From Clostridia bacterium (GTDB lineage: Bacteria > Bacillota > Clostridia > Christensenellales > DTU072), in assembly GCA_017504305.1 (NCBI GenBank), contig JAFVRJ010000001.1:13562-77561 (forward strand): a DNA stretch of 64,000 nucleotides, written 5' to 3'. This document shows positions 61,567 through 64,000 of this stretch, piece by piece (position 1 is the first letter of the stretch; every line of letters begins with the position of its first letter). The position numbers and the translations under genes are program-made. The notes below the pieces were generated by a model, which worked only from the letters and a program-made list of their open reading frames with translations, was not told the origin of the DNA and searched no databases.

Positions 61567-62556
61567 ATGCTTAAATACATTCTAAAAAGATTAGGTCTTG
61601 CAATACTTATTTTGCTCGGCGTAAGTCTTATAATCTATGTTTTAGTAAGGTGCATGCCCGTAAACTTCGTTGTGACTAAAGTTACTTCTCTGCCTAACGC
61701 AATATTTGATGAAGAAGCCCTTAAAGGAATGCTTGTAAAGTACGGGCTTGAAGATAACTCCTTCCTCGGTATCTTGAAAGGATACTTTAAGTGGCTTGGC
61801 AACCTTTTAATATTCGATTTCGGTGACAGCTTCGTATACGGCTCTCCCGTTATCGAAGTTATCAAGAGCCACATGGGAGTTAGCTTTATGGTTGCACTTA
61901 TTGCTACCGTCTTCGAGTTTTTGATTGCTATACCTTTAGGCATTACCGCAGCTACCCACCAATACTCCATACGCGACTACGTCGTTACCGTTTTGGTTAT
62001 GATAGGTATTTCACTACCCTCCTTCTTCTTCGCGCAAATACTAAAATACGTATTTAGCACCGAACTCGGTTGGCTACCCACCGCAGGCGGAGAGGACGCA
62101 ACTCAAAGCACGACCGGTATCGCTGCAGTATTTAGTCAATTTAAATTCTACGTATTACCAATTTTAACCGTTGTTATATTAAGTATCGGCGGTCGTATGA
62201 GAATGACTCGTACCGAAATGCTCGAAGTTATGAACTCCGACTATATCCGTACCGCTCGCGCAAAAGGTTTGGGCGAAGGTAAGGTAATATATAAACACGC
62301 TTTCCGCAACACCCTTATCCCCCTTGTTACCAGCCTTGCAGGCTTGTTGCCTTCATTGTTCTCCGGTGCAATTATCACCGAGCAAATCTTTAACCTCCCC
62401 GGTATCGGTAACAAAGCTTTTGCCGCTTTAACAAAGGGCGATATCCCGTTTATTATGGGCTACAACATGTTCCTTGCAATGCTTTCGGTATTGGGCGTAT
62501 TGCTCGCCGACCTTATGTACGCCGTCGTTGACCCGCGCGTAAAACTTACCGATTAG
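61567..62556 (+). CDS. ABC transporter permease (OppB/DppB-like)
   Basis: MLKYILKRL... and the EAA-like motif DYIRTARAKGLGEGKVIYKHAFRNTLIP. Confidence 0.9.
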   Translation: MLKYILKRLGLAILILLGVSLIIYVLVRCMPVNFVVTKVTSLPNAIFDEEALKGMLVKYGLEDNSFLGILKGYFKWLGNLLIFDFGDSFVYGSPVIEVIKSHMGVSFMVALIATVFEFLIAIPLGITAATHQYSIRDYVVTVLVMIGISLPSFFFAQILKYVFSTELGWLPTAGGEDATQSTTGIAAVFSQFKFYVLPILTVVILSIGGRMRMTRTEMLEVMNSDYIRTARAKGLGEGKVIYKHAFRNTLIPLVTSLAGLLPSLFSGAIITEQIFNLPGIGNKAFAALTKGDIPFIMGYNMFLAMLSVLGVLLADLMYAVVDPRVKLTD

Positions 62557-62565
62557 GAGGCTACT

Positions 62566-63660
62566 ATGAATAAAGATTTATTGCAACAAGAAAACCTCCC
62601 CGTTGAGGACGTTACCGTAGAAGACTCCGCTTTCGAAGCTCCCGAAGTAGTTATGCTCGAAAAAGCCGACGATTCCATCGAAAAGAACGTTCGCTTGATG
62701 AGCCCGTGGCGCATGGTCGTTAGAAGATTCTTCCGCTCCAAGTTAAGCGTTATCGGCCTCGTTATGCTCGTTAGCTTATTCCTTTTCTGCTGGGTTGGAC
62801 CTTTGTTCTATACCAAATGGGATTCCTCTATTCCGGATAACACCCCCTCTCTCGTTTACACTACCGTTGAAGTAGAGTTCGAAGATGGTGGCGAAAAACA
62901 AACCATGATTACGGTAACCGAAAAGCTCAACCCCGAATCATTACTTAAGGTACCCTCTAAAGATCACGTACTCGGCACCGATGGCGACGGCAGAGATATT
63001 CTCATACGCCTTATGGACGGCGGTCAAATTTCCTTGACTATAAGCTTCCTCGCAGTATTCGTTATAACCCTCTTGGGCGTTATATTCGGCGGTATTGCAG
63101 GGTACTTCGGCGGTGCGGTTGATAACGTTATTATGAGAATATGCGATATCTTAATGTGCCTACCCGGCTTCCCCATCCTTCTTATCGTTGGTTCTCTTAT
63201 CGATAGCTGGGGCATCCCGCTACAATATAAAATATACTTCCTTATGGGCTTCTTAACCCTCATCTCGTGGTCGGGCACCGCTCGTCTTGTTCGCGGACAA
63301 ATACTTTCCTTACGCGAACAAGAATATATGGTTGCCGCCGAAGCTATGGGTTACTCCACCGCTCGTAAGATATTTAAACACTTAATCCCCAACGTATTAC
63401 CCCAACTTATCGTAAGCATGACATTATCGCTCGGTAGCATGATCCTTTACGAAGCATCCCTCTCTTACTTGGGCATGGGTGCTCCTCCGGAGTACGCCGC
63501 ATGGGGTACTATGATCAACGCTGCAACCAACGCCGACATCCTACAAAACTACTTTAACGTTTGGGGCCCGCCCGGAATTTGCATCATTATTGCGGTTTTA
63601 GGCTTCAACTTCGTTGGCGACGGCTTGCGCGACGCTCTCGATCCCAAAGGCAGGAGGTAA
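62566..63660 (+). CDS. ABC transporter permease (OppC/DppC-like) with N-terminal extension
   Basis: GTDGDGRDILIRL and EYMVAAEAMGYSTARKIFKHLIPNVLP motifs. Confidence 0.9.
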   Translation: MNKDLLQQENLPVEDVTVEDSAFEAPEVVMLEKADDSIEKNVRLMSPWRMVVRRFFRSKLSVIGLVMLVSLFLFCWVGPLFYTKWDSSIPDNTPSLVYTTVEVEFEDGGEKQTMITVTEKLNPESLLKVPSKDHVLGTDGDGRDILIRLMDGGQISLTISFLAVFVITLLGVIFGGIAGYFGGAVDNVIMRICDILMCLPGFPILLIVGSLIDSWGIPLQYKIYFLMGFLTLISWSGTARLVRGQILSLREQEYMVAAEAMGYSTARKIFKHLIPNVLPQLIVSMTLSLGSMILYEASLSYLGMGAPPEYAAWGTMINAATNADILQNYFNVWGPPGICIIIAVLGFNFVGDGLRDALDPKGRR

Positions 63661-63663
63661 GAT

Positions 63664-64000
63664 ATGAACGATAAAATTAAAAATATAACCGAAAAGGTTC
63701 AAAAAGCTGCCTCCGACCTCGTCGATACCGTTAAAAACAAGCTCAAAAAGCAAGATAACGGCCACTACTTGAGCGGTAAAGAAATACGCCAAATCGCCAA
63801 AGAAAACAAAAAGGTTATGATGGCGCTCGAAAAACAAAAATACCGCAAAGCGGACGAGTCCGAATTTATTTCGGAAATGAAAGATAGCGCCAATATCTTG
63901 GAAATCGATAATCTCCACACCTACTTCTATACCGATCAAGGTATCGTTAAAGCGGTTAACGGCGTATCTATCAACGTTCCCCAAAACGCTACCGTAGGTA
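63664..64000 (+). CDS. ABC transporter ATP-binding protein (OppD-like), 5' part; continues past the right edge
   Basis: Not in the track because it is truncated. ATG 63664 encodes MNDKIKNITEKVQKAASDL...ILEIDNLHTYFYTDQGIVKAVNGVSINVPQNATVG. The last ~35 aa match the usual OppD N-terminus, preceded by an unusual ~75-aa charged extension. Confidence 0.75.
   Translation, partial: MNDKIKNITEKVQKAASDLVDTVKNKLKKQDNGHYLSGKEIRQIAKENKKVMMALEKQKYRKADESEFISEMKDSANILEIDNLHTYFYTDQGIVKAVNGVSINVPQNATVG

Overview
This is a 64-kb chromosomal segment that looks like a Bacillota/Clostridia-type genome. The clues are a hisZ-containing his operon, secA-prfB linkage, an ECF S-component, many lipoproteins, an ApgM-type mutase and GGAGG ribosome-binding sites. 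From left to right the window holds the following. A partial Fe-alcohol dehydrogenase comes first, then an XRE repressor divergent from two TM2-domain genes. A long minus-strand housekeeping run follows: PflX-like radical SAM, DUF1624, serS, prfB, secA, a short alaS and apgM. Next is tRNA-Ser(GCU) flanked by partial copies of itself, then an AT-rich islet carrying a DNA-methyltransferase remnant. Two very Cys/His-rich surface lipoproteins bracket a module made of a cobalamin riboswitch, a DUF4430 lipoprotein and an S-component. Transporter and M20 peptidase genes come next, then a complete his operon (hisR-like/Z/G/D/C/B/H/A/F/IE). After that is a plus-strand redox cluster: flavoprotein, CXXC membrane protein, membrane polyferredoxin and TlpA thioredoxin. 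Four tandem paralogous lipoproteins follow, two of them with thioredoxin-fold domains. The window ends with a 2.4-kaa S8 cell-envelope protease, a GLUG-like lipoprotein and an Opp/Dpp-type peptide ABC transporter. No CRISPR array, transposase, integrase or rRNA was seen. The signal the ORF track does not explain is a family of ~123-129 bp hairpin-forming repeat units. They sit in tandem arrays at three intergenic loci (about 9.5-9.96 kb, 26.5-26.9 kb and 44.3-44.56 kb). They have terminal inverted repeats and stems that differ in sequence between copies but stay complementary. In all three cases a terminal TA(A/G)ACCGC supplies the stop codon of the adjacent gene. Second in interest is an apparent extracytoplasmic thiol-redox and Cys-rich lipoprotein system. 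All calls rest on reading the sequence and on recalled family motifs; no database search was possible.
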